From: an uncultured Gemmatimonadaceae bacterium
Lineage (GTDB): Bacteria; Gemmatimonadota; Gemmatimonadetes; Gemmatimonadales; Gemmatimonadaceae
Length of the DNA: 64,000 bases
Assembly: GCA_963781585.1 (NCBI GenBank)
Contig: CAWAGQ010000007.1
Span: 224,001-288,000, forward strand
Direction of reading: 5' to 3'
Shown: positions 1 to 9,291 of the stretch, piece by piece
Position numbering within the stretch: position 1 is the stretch's first letter
Layout of the letters: every line of letters starts with the position of its first letter
The notes under the pieces: generated by a model
What the model saw: the letters and a program-made list of their open reading frames with translations, nothing else
Databases searched by the model: none
What the model was told of the DNA's origin: nothing
Translations under genes and position numbers: made by a program

Positions 1-714
1 GAAATCGTGGACAGCGAGACCCCGTTTGTGGAGGCCCGTGATGTCTTCCATCCGCTCCTCAAGGCACCCGTCCCGAATGACCTTCTGATGGGCGTCGGCA
101 CGCGCGTGAGGTTCATCACTGGCCCAAACATGGCGGGGAAATCGACGCACCTGCGGGCGTGCGGCGTGCTGGTGCTGCTCGCGCAGATGGGCGCGGCCGT
201 GCCCGGGAAGCGAGTCCGCCTGGGGGTCTTTGACCGAATCTTTGCGTCCATTACGGTGCGTGACTCCCTCCAACGCGGTGAGAGCTTCTTTCTCGCTGAA
301 GTGCGACGCCTTCGCGAACTGGTCAACGCGCTGGGACGGGGTGAGCGTGTGTTCGCACTGATAGACGAGGCCTTCAAGGGAACGAACGTGCACGACGCGC
401 TGGAAGGGACGGAACTCATCGTGAGGGGTCTCGCAGCCTGCCCGCGAGGCGTCACCCTCGTGGCCTCGCACCTCACGGAACTGGCGGATCGGCTGCAGCA
501 CGCGGCTCCGGTCGATCTCTACTATTTCGACGCGGTTCTGGAGAGCGGGATGCTGAGTTTCGATTACCGTCTCCATCCGGGCGTGTCGCACACGCGGCTG
601 GGCATGCACATCATCAAGAGGGAGGGCCTGGAGTCGTCGCTCCAGGCGATCGCTGATGGCGGCATGGCTGATGCTGAACCGGCGGGTGGCAGTGCGCGTG
701 TGAGCCCCGTGTAA
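1..714 (+). CDS. MutS-related ATPase (domain V), 5'-truncated by window edge
   Basis: Walker A GPNMAGKST, GESFFLAE, LIDEAFKGTN and ASH motifs of the MutS ATPase domain; frame open to window start. Confidence 0.85.
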   Translation, partial: EIVDSETPFVEARDVFHPLLKAPVPNDLLMGVGTRVRFITGPNMAGKSTHLRACGVLVLLAQMGAAVPGKRVRLGVFDRIFASITVRDSLQRGESFFLAEVRRLRELVNALGRGERVFALIDEAFKGTNVHDALEGTELIVRGLAACPRGVTLVASHLTELADRLQHAAPVDLYYFDAVLESGMLSFDYRLHPGVSHTRLGMHIIKREGLESSLQAIADGGMADAEPAGGSARVSPV

Positions 715-739
715 CCCGGACTCCGGTGCCTTCGCACCC

Positions 740-1831
740 TCACCGCCGCAGCCACACCACCGCCGCCCGCGCTCGATTGTCCATCGGCTCACGCTGGTCC
801 GGGTTCCCCAGGCTCCCGGCGAGACCGGCCTGGCCCGACCGCAATCCAAAGGGATGGCTGCTGCGCGGCGTGGACGTCTCGCCGCTGCCGCACGGCATGT
901 TTCGCGGCCACCGGTCCATCAGCGTGTTCGAGTAATCCTGATACAGCCCGTAGATCTCGACCGCCTCCACCTCGCCCGCCTGAAAATCGTTGAGCGTCGC
1001 CCCCGCCTTCGCGATCCCGTCCACGAACACGCACACGACACTGTCCACGACGATCAGACCGGAGCGCAGGAAGGACTGCGAGTAGCGCAGTGCGTCCTTC
1101 AAGTTGATGCCGTAGTGGCCGGCGAACTCCTGCCGCGCGATCACCGTCGACCGATTGCCCCGACGTAGCGCGCGTTCATCGAACTCCGACAGCACCATCG
1201 ACATCTGCTTGAATCCCGTAATGCCGCGCGCCGAGTCCATCGCCACCGCCAGCTCGATCGCGCCGTCGTGCGGGACGAACACCGACAGCATGCGTGTCTG
1301 GAACCCCGGCCGGTGCACGTTCACCACGTACGCCCCTTCCTTCACCGCACCGAAATTGAACCGGCCGGTGGCCGGTGTTTTCGCGGATGCATGCGCGCCG
1401 ACGACGTCGACATTGACCCCGTCGAGCGGATGCAGATCGCCCCGCGTGAAGACGGTTCCGAAGATGCCGGTGCGCGCGGCACGAATCGGGACAGTGTCGA
1501 GCTGCGTGAACCGCAGCAGCGCGATCGTGACGTCGAGGCCTTCGGCCGGCAGGTCGATGGACTGCTCGTCGGACTGGTATCCGCTCTTGACGGTGCGGAG
1601 GATGTGCGCGCCGCGCGAGACACCGGTGAGGCGGAATCGACCCGCCGCATCAGTATCGGTGCGCCTGGCGAAGTCGCCGGGATCGACGACCACCGTGGCG
1701 CCCTGAAGCGCGCGACCGGTCATGTCGCGCACGATGCCGGAGATCGTTCCGGGGCGCGCCTGCGCATCCGCCGTCCGCAGCGCAATCGTCCCCAGAGTCA
1801 GCACGGCGGCGATGGTTCGACCGATTCTCAC
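740..1831 (-). CDS. Secreted protein with two carboxypeptidase-regulatory-like domains and a TonB-plug-like C-terminus
   Basis: Signal peptide ending ADA-Q; GTISGIVRD..TDAAGRFRL pattern twice; VFVDG..VEAVEIY; GTG start at 1831 after GGAG. Confidence 0.7.
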   Translation of the reverse strand: MRIGRTIAAVLTLGTIALRTADAQARPGTISGIVRDMTGRALQGATVVVDPGDFARRTDTDAAGRFRLTGVSRGAHILRTVKSGYQSDEQSIDLPAEGLDVTIALLRFTQLDTVPIRAARTGIFGTVFTRGDLHPLDGVNVDVVGAHASAKTPATGRFNFGAVKEGAYVVNVHRPGFQTRMLSVFVPHDGAIELAVAMDSARGITGFKQMSMVLSEFDERALRRGNRSTVIARQEFAGHYGINLKDALRYSQSFLRSGLIVVDSVVCVFVDGIAKAGATLNDFQAGEVEAVEIYGLYQDYSNTLMDRWPRNMPCGSGETSTPRSSHPFGLRSGQAGLAGSLGNPDQREPMDNRARAAVVWLRR

Positions 1832-2043
1832 GGCGTACTCCCTCGCTGAGATCCGCGGCCTGCCGGGACCACGATCGTTACCCGTCTCCGGCGCACAAGT
1901 GCCCCCCATCTTCGCTCAGAATACCGGGCAAGTCACCCCCTTAACACCCCTTCCCAGCGCCCCGTCCGACCATCGCGTAATCTACGACGGCCCGGTGTGG
2001 CCGCGTCGGCCATCGGGCGTCGGCGCAACCGCGGAGCCCCTAT

Positions 2044-3006
2044 TTGAAGCGACGAAAGCACGAGGTCTCAACGAGAGGGCTATCTCCAGCGGAATCGTCC
2101 GGGAACTTCAGGACGGACGCCACTGCCGCCACCGACGCGAGGGGGGCGACCGGCGAGGGCGGTGCGACCAAGGGCGCGACTGGTGGTTCGGGCAAACGCA
2201 GGAGCAACAGCCTGATCGCACTGGGGTCCGCGGCAATAGTTGCCGTCTACGCGGCGGGCTACCAGCGCACCCGCGCCGCGGCGCAGAGCTTTTCCGATGA
2301 AGATGCTCGACGAAGGCCGGCTGCCCACGCGGCGCCAACCCCGTCCGCGACCGCGCCCGAGTTGGCGCTGAGCGCCTCGGCGAAGGTACCAGCCGCGAGC
2401 GAGAGCTCGACGGAGCACGACAGCGCAACACCAGCACCGAAGCAGGAATCCCGTCCTGATCCCCGAGCTGATGTCGCTCGAGCGGCGAAGGGGTCAACGC
2501 ACTTTTCCTCCGCTCCGTCTGTACCGAAGGTCGCCGACGCACCGGTGGCCGCGGCCGCGAAGTCCGCCGATCACGCCACTCCGCCCGGCTCGGTCGCGAA
2601 GGTGACGACGTCGCTCGACACGGCGCGCGCGCCGGCACCGGGGACTTCTACAGTCGTGGTGGCGGTCGACACACCGAGGACCAACGGAGTTCCCGACTCC
2701 ACGCAATCTGCCGATTCCGCCGCGAACGCAGCGCAGGAAGAGGCGAAGCTCAGGGATGGCACCTACACCGGATGGGGTACATCGCGGCACGGCGACATCC
2801 AGGCGGCGGTGCAGATCGAAGGCGGCCGCATCGTTCGCGCGTCGATCGTGCAGTGCCTCACGCGATACTCCTGCTCCTGGATCGCCGCGCTCCCGCCGCA
2901 GGTCGTGAGCCGCCAGAGCCCGGAGGTGGACTACGTGTCGGGCGCTACGCAGAGCACGAACGCGTTCTACTATGCCATCGTCGAGGCGCTGTCGAAGGCC
3001 AGGTGA
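2044..3006 (+). CDS. Membrane-anchored FMN-binding (flavinylated) protein with long Ala/Pro/Ser linker
   Basis: N-terminal TM helix; C-terminal DGTYTG...VDYVSGATQST with the [S/T]GA[S/T] flavinylation motif; exact start uncertain. Confidence 0.85.
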   Translation: MKRRKHEVSTRGLSPAESSGNFRTDATAATDARGATGEGGATKGATGGSGKRRSNSLIALGSAAIVAVYAAGYQRTRAAAQSFSDEDARRRPAAHAAPTPSATAPELALSASAKVPAASESSTEHDSATPAPKQESRPDPRADVARAAKGSTHFSSAPSVPKVADAPVAAAAKSADHATPPGSVAKVTTSLDTARAPAPGTSTVVVAVDTPRTNGVPDSTQSADSAANAAQEEAKLRDGTYTGWGTSRHGDIQAAVQIEGGRIVRASIVQCLTRYSCSWIAALPPQVVSRQSPEVDYVSGATQSTNAFYYAIVEALSKAR

Positions 3007-4226
3007 GTCGCGTCTACGTGCACAGCGTGGCCGCCATGGGGACGGTGGTCACCATCCAGGCGATCGGTGACGGCAATGTTCTCGAGCGCTCGTCCGCGGG
3101 CGGAGGTGCTACTCGTCAGGCGGACATCCGGGCGCCGATTGTCGGGCGTGCCCTCGACTGGTTTCTCCGCATCGAGGAGGTCTGCTCGCGTTTCGATGAG
3201 ACGAGCGAGCTGCGCCGGCTGTGCGCGCAGGTTGGTACGCCGGTTCCGGTGAGCGAGCTGCTCTTCCAGACAGTGCAATTCGCGCTGGCGGTGGCCGCCG
3301 AGACCGACGGCGCGTTCGATCCGACCGTCGGGCGTCGCATGGAAGAGATGGGATTCAACGCGGACTTCCGGACCGGCGCCGTGACGGATTCGACCGGAGC
3401 CGCAGGCGACGCACTGGGTGCACGCGATCTTGCCGAAGGCACCGCAGGGTCGCGCCCTGCAGCCGGCGCCCCCGTGACGTTTCGCGACGTCGTCCTCGAT
3501 CCAGCCGCGCACACCATCACGCTGCTCGAGCCACTCATGCTCGACCTTGGCGCCGTGGCCAAGGGCCTCGCGATCGACCTCGCGGCGCGGGAGCTGCGTC
3601 CGATCGCCAACTTCGCGATCGATGCCGGCGGCGACCTGTACCTCGGCGGATGCAACGAAGAGGGCGTACCGTGGCGGGTGGGGATCCGCCATCCGCGTCG
3701 CGAGGGTGAATTGATCGAGACGCTCCACGTCTCCAACATCGCCGTGTGTACGTCGGGCGACTACGAGCGGCGCGCGGGAAATCAGAACACGGCCGGTTTC
3801 CTGGCGAGTGACGATGCCGAGCGAGATAGGCGTACTACGGAGGGCGTCGCGCGACCTGTCCGTGCGGGACTTCTCGCAGAAGATGTAGTGCGTGAAGCGA
3901 TCGGGCAGACTGAGGGCGATCAGGACCGACAGGGCAAGAAACGGCCTGCGCACGCCGGCGCCGGCACCGCGCACCATATAATAGATGCGCGCACCGGCCA
4001 ATCGGCGTCAGGCGCGGTGAGCACGACCGTCGTCGCCGACTCCGCCATGGTGGCTGACGCACTGGCGACAGCGGCGTTCGTTCTGGGCCCGGAAGCCGGA
4101 ATCCGGCTGCTCGAGTCGCACGGCGTGGACGGGCTGATGGTGACGTCCACGCTCGAGCGATTCGCGACCCGTGGAATGCAACAGGAGTACGTGAGGCCGC
4201 GGCCGGAGACGATCGGTGTGGAGTGA
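3003..4226 (+). CDS. apbE: FAD:protein FMN transferase ApbE
   Basis: AMGT, TDGAFDPTVG, LDLGAVAKG, DAGGD, TSGDYER, HHIID, ADALATA motifs; GTGA overlap with upstream stop. Confidence 0.93.
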   Translation: MSRVYVHSVAAMGTVVTIQAIGDGNVLERSSAGGGATRQADIRAPIVGRALDWFLRIEEVCSRFDETSELRRLCAQVGTPVPVSELLFQTVQFALAVAAETDGAFDPTVGRRMEEMGFNADFRTGAVTDSTGAAGDALGARDLAEGTAGSRPAAGAPVTFRDVVLDPAAHTITLLEPLMLDLGAVAKGLAIDLAARELRPIANFAIDAGGDLYLGGCNEEGVPWRVGIRHPRREGELIETLHVSNIAVCTSGDYERRAGNQNTAGFLASDDAERDRRTTEGVARPVRAGLLAEDVVREAIGQTEGDQDRQGKKRPAHAGAGTAHHIIDARTGQSASGAVSTTVVADSAMVADALATAAFVLGPEAGIRLLESHGVDGLMVTSTLERFATRGMQQEYVRPRPETIGVE

Positions 4227-5028
4227 ACTCACGCGGTTCTTTCGCCGGCCAAAGGGATTGCTCATTCTCGCGCTCCTGCTCGTGCTGGGTATCGCGGCGC
4301 CGGCCGAGGGCGTAGTGCGAGTCGTCCCCGGTCTCCTGAGCGCGGTGCTGGCGGCCATGGTTGTCGATGCACCAATGCTCAGGTGGCGAGAGGGTGCGTG
4401 GGTCTTTCCCGATGGAGCGCTGCTCACGGGGCTCATCGTGGCGATGGTGCTGAGCCCGTTCGAGCCCTGGTACGTGCCGGCCGTCACGTCGGCGCTCGCG
4501 GTCTCGAGCAAATACGTCATCCGTACGCGATCAGCCAACGTCTTCAATCCGGCGGCGCTTGCGCTGGTGGTGACGTTCTATCTGTTCGACACGCAGCAGA
4601 GCTGGTGGGGGGCGCTGCCTGAAGTGGCGCCGGCGGCGCTGGTCGCGCTGTTCGCGACGGGGCTGTTCATCACGCAGCGTGTGAACAAGCTGCCGGTGGT
4701 GCTCTCGTTTCTGGGCGTCTACTACCTGCTGTTCACGGTGGCTGCGTTCGTTGGCGATCCGCGGGGCGTGGCGGAGGTGTATCGCGCCCCCGATCTGCAG
4801 GCCGCGCTGTTCTTCGCGTTCTTCATGGTCACCGATCCGCCGACTTCACCACCCAAGCATCCCGATCAGATCGTGTACGGCGCGATGGTGGCGGTGGTGA
4901 GCTTCGCGGTGTTCGAGTTGCTCGGCGCCGCCTATTTCCTGCTCGCCGGACTGCTCGTGGCCAACGCGTGGGAGGCGTGGCGCCGTGTGCGGGTCAGGCG
5001 GCCGAGGTGGGTGGGGGTGGTGGCGTAA
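4216..5028 (+). CDS. RnfD/NqrB-like integral membrane protein (stand-alone)
   Basis: Highly hydrophobic; ALLTGLI, SK..NVFNPA, FFAFFMVTDPPTSP motifs; overlaps apbE stop. Confidence 0.85.
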   Translation: MWSELTRFFRRPKGLLILALLLVLGIAAPAEGVVRVVPGLLSAVLAAMVVDAPMLRWREGAWVFPDGALLTGLIVAMVLSPFEPWYVPAVTSALAVSSKYVIRTRSANVFNPAALALVVTFYLFDTQQSWWGALPEVAPAALVALFATGLFITQRVNKLPVVLSFLGVYYLLFTVAAFVGDPRGVAEVYRAPDLQAALFFAFFMVTDPPTSPPKHPDQIVYGAMVAVVSFAVFELLGAAYFLLAGLLVANAWEAWRRVRVRRPRWVGVVA

Positions 5029-5063
5029 GGAGAGGTGTGGGCCGACGGATCCCGGTAACTCCC

Positions 5064-5444
5064 TCATGCGGCGGCGGCGTCCACCGGTCCCGCATCAACG
5101 AGCACATGTCGGACGGGATCAACGCGAAGATTGAGACCTTCGAGGGTTCGCGCGCCCAACAGGACCATGTCACCCGGCTCCGCGAACACGACGTCGTCCG
5201 CCGTTTGCGAACCCGCAACGTGAATGATCGCGAAGCCGGCCTGCCGCTCGATCGCGCGTCCGTCTGCGACGCGGAAGCGCACGGACTTCTCGGGCTGAAT
5301 GCCCAGTGACTGGAGGACGGTCCGTGGCACCCACGTGGCCTCGCCGCCGGTATCGATGAGCACATTCGGCAACTCGCGGAACTCGCCGCGCCGGGTGTGG
5401 CTCTCGACAAGGATGGTCGTGCGGAATGTTCCCACATCGGACAT
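5064..5444 (-). CDS. Clan AA (retropepsin-like) aspartyl protease
   Basis: LIDTGG catalytic motif, ADGR and LLGARTLE; CAGGAG RBS before ATG 5444. Confidence 0.8.
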   Translation of the reverse strand: MSDVGTFRTTILVESHTRRGEFRELPNVLIDTGGEATWVPRTVLQSLGIQPEKSVRFRVADGRAIERQAGFAIIHVAGSQTADDVVFAEPGDMVLLGARTLEGLNLRVDPVRHVLVDAGPVDAAAA

Positions 5445-6071
5445 GTTAATCTCCTGCATGCTGAAGCCCGCCATCATTCTATTTCGAACCGCATCACGCG
5501 CACAACCCGACAGCAGAACGGCGGGATCAGCGCAACGCATCCTCAGGGACAGGATGACAGTCGGACGACCCGGGTGCGAGTGGGATTGCGCCGTACTGCG
5601 CGCCGCAGCAATGTGCGAAGGACGCGAGGCAAAGCGTGAGGCATGACGGAGCCGTCGGCAGAGCTGGATCTCATCGTGCAAGTATCTGATCGGATGCAGC
5701 ACGCCACGGCGCGGCGGTGTGTTCGGCGACTGCTCATCCGGCTCGCGACCACACTGGCTGCGTGCCGGTCGCCATGTGAGGGCACGCTGATGTCGGCGCT
5801 GGGAACATTCCGTCTGCGGGTCCCGGTCAACATGGGGCGGGGCCGCGAGAGACTGGCCCCCGCGGCATCAAACACGTTCAACGTGTACTGAGATGACGTG
5901 AGGGCGTCCATGGCGGGCCCTCTTGAGTGCGACGCGCGAGCGACGGCCGTCGTGATCGCACTTCTCACTGGAGCGGTAGCGCGTGCGCAGGAGCCGGCGC
6001 ACGCAGGCCGGGCGCAGGAGGCGGCCCCAGTGACTCCACCTCCTCCCGCCTAACGCGTGTTGGTCAGCGGG

Positions 6072-7256
6072 TCACCGCGGCGACGGCTTCTTCGTGCATC
6101 CGTCCCGCAGCTGGAGCCGGACCACCGCGTCCGAGCTACGGATTTCCATCCAGCAGTCGCGATCTGCGATCGTCACGGTTGTGTTGCCCGCGCCGCGCAC
6201 GGTGATGTCGGAATTACCGAAGGATCCTGAGAAGCGGACGGGCTGCTGCGCCGGCGGAAGGGTCCAATCCATCCGCGCCTTCTGAAGGACCATTTGCGCG
6301 CGGTCAAGTTCTTCTCGCGAGACGGCTCCGCGCTCGTACTGGCGCTGGGTTTCTTCGACGTCGGCCTGAGCGGCAAGCATCTGTCGGGTGCGAGCCTTTA
6401 CCAACGCCAGTCGCGCCCTCTCCAAATCCTGGCGTGCGAGTAGGCCGTTCTCATACAGTTGCTCGGCCCGATCCAGCTCGCGCTGCGCATCCGTCAGTTC
6501 CTGCGCGACATCCGGCTCGCGGGACCGCGCGACCTCTCCCTGCGTCGTTTTGCGCGCCTCGACTACCGACGTCTTTGGCGTAGCGTCGGCGACGACTGTC
6601 TTCTCGAAGCGCGACGGAACGACCTTGTCGACGGAAACGTCGATGCGCTCGGGCTTGACGACCCGCACGCCCGCCGTGTCCAGGTTCACCCGCTCCGACT
6701 TGAGGACGATGGTGTCGCCGACAACCTTCGGGGGTGAAAACTGGATGAGCTTCGGTGTCACCGCTATCTCCCGATACGAGCCGGCGGTCACGGAGATGCC
6801 GAGGGTCTGCTGGCCGCGCTGCACGGTGAATCGCACGGTCTGACCGATGCGCGCGGTTGCCAGCCGGTCGGCACCCGCATCGCTGGTGAGGTCGAGACCG
6901 TCGATGCGCGCGAGGACGTCACCCGAGCGAAGCCCCGCTCGCTGCGCCGGGCCATCCGGCTCGACGGCACGGATGCTTGGAGGAGTGGAGAACTCCCAGC
7001 GGGTGCCGCTCCTGGTCTCGGTCATCGTGCAGCTGCCACACATGATGCTGAACCCGAACCAGACACGGTCGCCCTGGAGCTTGATCGCGTCCCCTGAGAA
7101 TTGGAAGTGCGGTGTTGAGTCGATCACCGCGCCCTTGTCGGGTGGACGACGTATCTCCTGCGCGGTCAAGCCGTGTGAAGCGAGTGAGGCGACTGCAACG
7201 ATCCCAGCCACGCGTAGCCAGGGGCGACTTCTGGGACACTTCGAGTTGGACGTCAT
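6072..7256 (-). CDS. Secreted PDZ-domain protein with duplicated helical repeat
   Basis: Signal peptide; VEPDGPAQRAGLRSGDVLARIDG PDZ signature; two ~35-aa helical repeats. Confidence 0.75.
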   Translation of the reverse strand: MTSNSKCPRSRPWLRVAGIVAVASLASHGLTAQEIRRPPDKGAVIDSTPHFQFSGDAIKLQGDRVWFGFSIMCGSCTMTETRSGTRWEFSTPPSIRAVEPDGPAQRAGLRSGDVLARIDGLDLTSDAGADRLATARIGQTVRFTVQRGQQTLGISVTAGSYREIAVTPKLIQFSPPKVVGDTIVLKSERVNLDTAGVRVVKPERIDVSVDKVVPSRFEKTVVADATPKTSVVEARKTTQGEVARSREPDVAQELTDAQRELDRAEQLYENGLLARQDLERARLALVKARTRQMLAAQADVEETQRQYERGAVSREELDRAQMVLQKARMDWTLPPAQQPVRFSGSFGNSDITVRGAGNTTVTIADRDCWMEIRSSDAVVRLQLRDGCTKKPSPR

Positions 7257-7371
7257 GGTGACCTGCTCCCGGAATGGCAGCGCATCGTGGACAACCGATC
7301 GCTGATAATTGCGGACCGCTGATGACTGACGGTTCATCCTGATAGCTGACCGCGGAACGCTGGCGAATGCT

Positions 7372-7716
7372 TCACAGCCACCCCACCAACTTGCCGTCGG
7401 CGGGTGCGGCGATGGTGCGAACATTGGGCGACGGAGACGGCGCCGCGCTGGACTCCGTATGCGGCATGAGCGGAAGCAGCGTCGCGCCGGCCGCCGCGCC
7501 CGCGGCGAAGAGCACGAAGCCCGCAGCGGCGGCTAGCGGGACCGGAATGGCCCGCCGATACCAGCGGCGCCGGGTGAACGCTTCCTCCACACGGAGCGCG
7601 TGGACCACGCGGTCCTCGACGGCGGGGTCGGGGGCGAGCGCACGGGGCAGGGCCAGGAACGCGGCGCGTTCGCTGTCGGTGAGTTCGAATTCGTCGTGGG
7701 TATCCATGGTATCCAT
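7372..7716 (-). CDS. Putative membrane anti-sigma factor
   Basis: Starts 2 nt after ECF sigma stop; single TM helix. Confidence 0.6.
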   Translation of the reverse strand: MDTMDTHDEFELTDSERAAFLALPRALAPDPAVEDRVVHALRVEEAFTRRRWYRRAIPVPLAAAAGFVLFAAGAAAGATLLPLMPHTESSAAPSPSPNVRTIAAPADGKLVGWL

Positions 7717-7718
7717 CC

Positions 7719-8282
7719 TCACTGCATGCCGGTGGCACATTCTGCATCCTGTTCGCTGACCGCGAGCAGACGTCTCACGGCGCGGCGTGCCTCGAACAAC
7801 TGGCTCTTGGACGTGCCGGGGGCGATGCCCAACATCTCTGCGATGTCCCCGTGGGTGAATCCTTCCACGTCGTGCAGGACGAGCACCGCGCGATATCCGG
7901 GGGGGAGCAACGCGATGGCCGCCTCGAGATCACCGGCTACGGGTTGCGGCGCGGCTTCCATCGCCAGCTCATCCGGGTCGAGATCGACGACCCGCGACTC
8001 TTCACGTCGGTGCGCACGCAACCATTCGCGTGCCACGTTCACGGCGATGCCGCGCAGCCAGGCCGCGAGGTTGCCGTCGGGCCGAAAATCGGCCAGACGG
8101 CGGACCGCGCGGAGCCAGGTCTCCTGCAGCAGATCCTCGGCCTGGGCGACATCGCCACCTGCGAAGCGCAAATGAAGCTGATACATGCGTGCGGAGTGTC
8201 GTCGGTAGAGTGTCCGGAATGCCCCCTCGTCGCCGAGCGAATGCAGACGCGCGATGAGCGTGGAGTCGGGTTCGGGAGGCAT
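7719..8282 (-). CDS. ECF RNA polymerase sigma factor
   Basis: AEDLLQETW, WLRGIAVN, LPPGYRAVLVLHDVEGFTHGDIAEMLGI..GTSKSQL. Confidence 0.93.
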   Translation of the reverse strand: MPPEPDSTLIARLHSLGDEGAFRTLYRRHSARMYQLHLRFAGGDVAQAEDLLQETWLRAVRRLADFRPDGNLAAWLRGIAVNVAREWLRAHRREESRVVDLDPDELAMEAAPQPVAGDLEAAIALLPPGYRAVLVLHDVEGFTHGDIAEMLGIAPGTSKSQLFEARRAVRRLLAVSEQDAECATGMQ

Positions 8283-8608
8283 GCCGGGAAAGAAGTGCGG
8301 GATCTGGAGCGCCGCAACGCGGAGTCGGGCGGTCGGTGCCGTCCTCTATATGGTATTGGCCGCGGTGGCTCGAAAGGTTGGTCCGCTCGGCCAATCGTCG
8401 CGCATCCCCGTCGGCTGATCACCTATGCTGAACCCGGAGACGGACGGCGGTGGTCCCTCGGGGCCTCACGTGGGCGACTTTCACCGGTGGACCTGTCAGC
8501 ATGCAGGCCAGCCGCCTGCGTGGGCGCAAGCGGCTGGTGGTGATCCGGGCCGGCTCTCCAAGGTGAAGCGAACGCGGCGCTTGGCGCGCCGGTGTGGCGG
8601 CGTGTTTC

Positions 8609-9163
8609 TTATGGAACGTAGTAGGCCGTGAAACACTGGCCGGAAGCGCCCATCAGCTGGCTACCTCGCTCCATGGCCGCAATCGTGCCGTTGAACGCAT
8701 CCACTGCGAGCTGGCTCTTGTGATAGGCCGCGCTGATCGTGGACCAGTGCGCGGCAGTGGGGAGCCAGCCGAGGATGGTCAACAAGTAGGCCTTGAAGTT
8801 GCCTGCCTCCACGTACGTGGTGACGTTGGGATTGCGGTTCCCCGAGTTGTTATTGAAGTCCACCATCTGGGTAGCGCGATCATACGAACGCTGCAGCAGG
8901 TCGCGCGAGTTGGTGGCTGCCACGGCGTACGCTCCGCTGGTGCCGTTCGCCTGCGCGTCGGCGCGCGCCGAGGCGAGCGCCTTTCCGATGAGGTTTCGGT
9001 ACCCGTCGATCGACGATGCGGTGAGCTGCGTGCAGGCACTGGCCGCGAGCGCGGCATGCGTGGTCACCAGGACGGCCTGCTGCGCGAGGGCGACTGGCGG
9101 CACCACCGCGCGGGCGGCGAACAGGGAACAGACGAGCAGGATCGAAGGGGGATTGGCGCGCAT
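8609..9163 (-). CDS. Secreted helical hypothetical protein
   Basis: Signal peptide ALA-QQ, GGAG RBS, good codon bias, terminal Cys pair. Confidence 0.6.
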   Translation of the reverse strand: MRANPPSILLVCSLFAARAVVPPVALAQQAVLVTTHAALAASACTQLTASSIDGYRNLIGKALASARADAQANGTSGAYAVAATNSRDLLQRSYDRATQMVDFNNNSGNRNPNVTTYVEAGNFKAYLLTILGWLPTAAHWSTISAAYHKSQLAVDAFNGTIAAMERGSQLMGASGQCFTAYYVP

Positions 9164-9291
9164 CGGTGGCTCCATCGAGGGTTCCTGCTCTCAAACGCCA
9201 TCCACCCCGGAAATCCGCCATTCCGCGTCGGTCAGCTGCCGTCGCGCCACCGCCAGGTTCTGCAACTTCCCATCGAAACCACAGGAGCTCG

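Noticed and set aside
1..714. Mismatch-repair MutS1
   Set aside because: Ends shortly after the ATPase domain with divergent motifs; fits short MutS-related proteins
4216..5028. Complete Rnf/Nqr complex
   Set aside because: No RnfA/B/C/E or Nqr partner genes in the window
8400..8600. Possible gene remnant between sigma factor and secreted protein
   Set aside because: No recognisable motif in any frame
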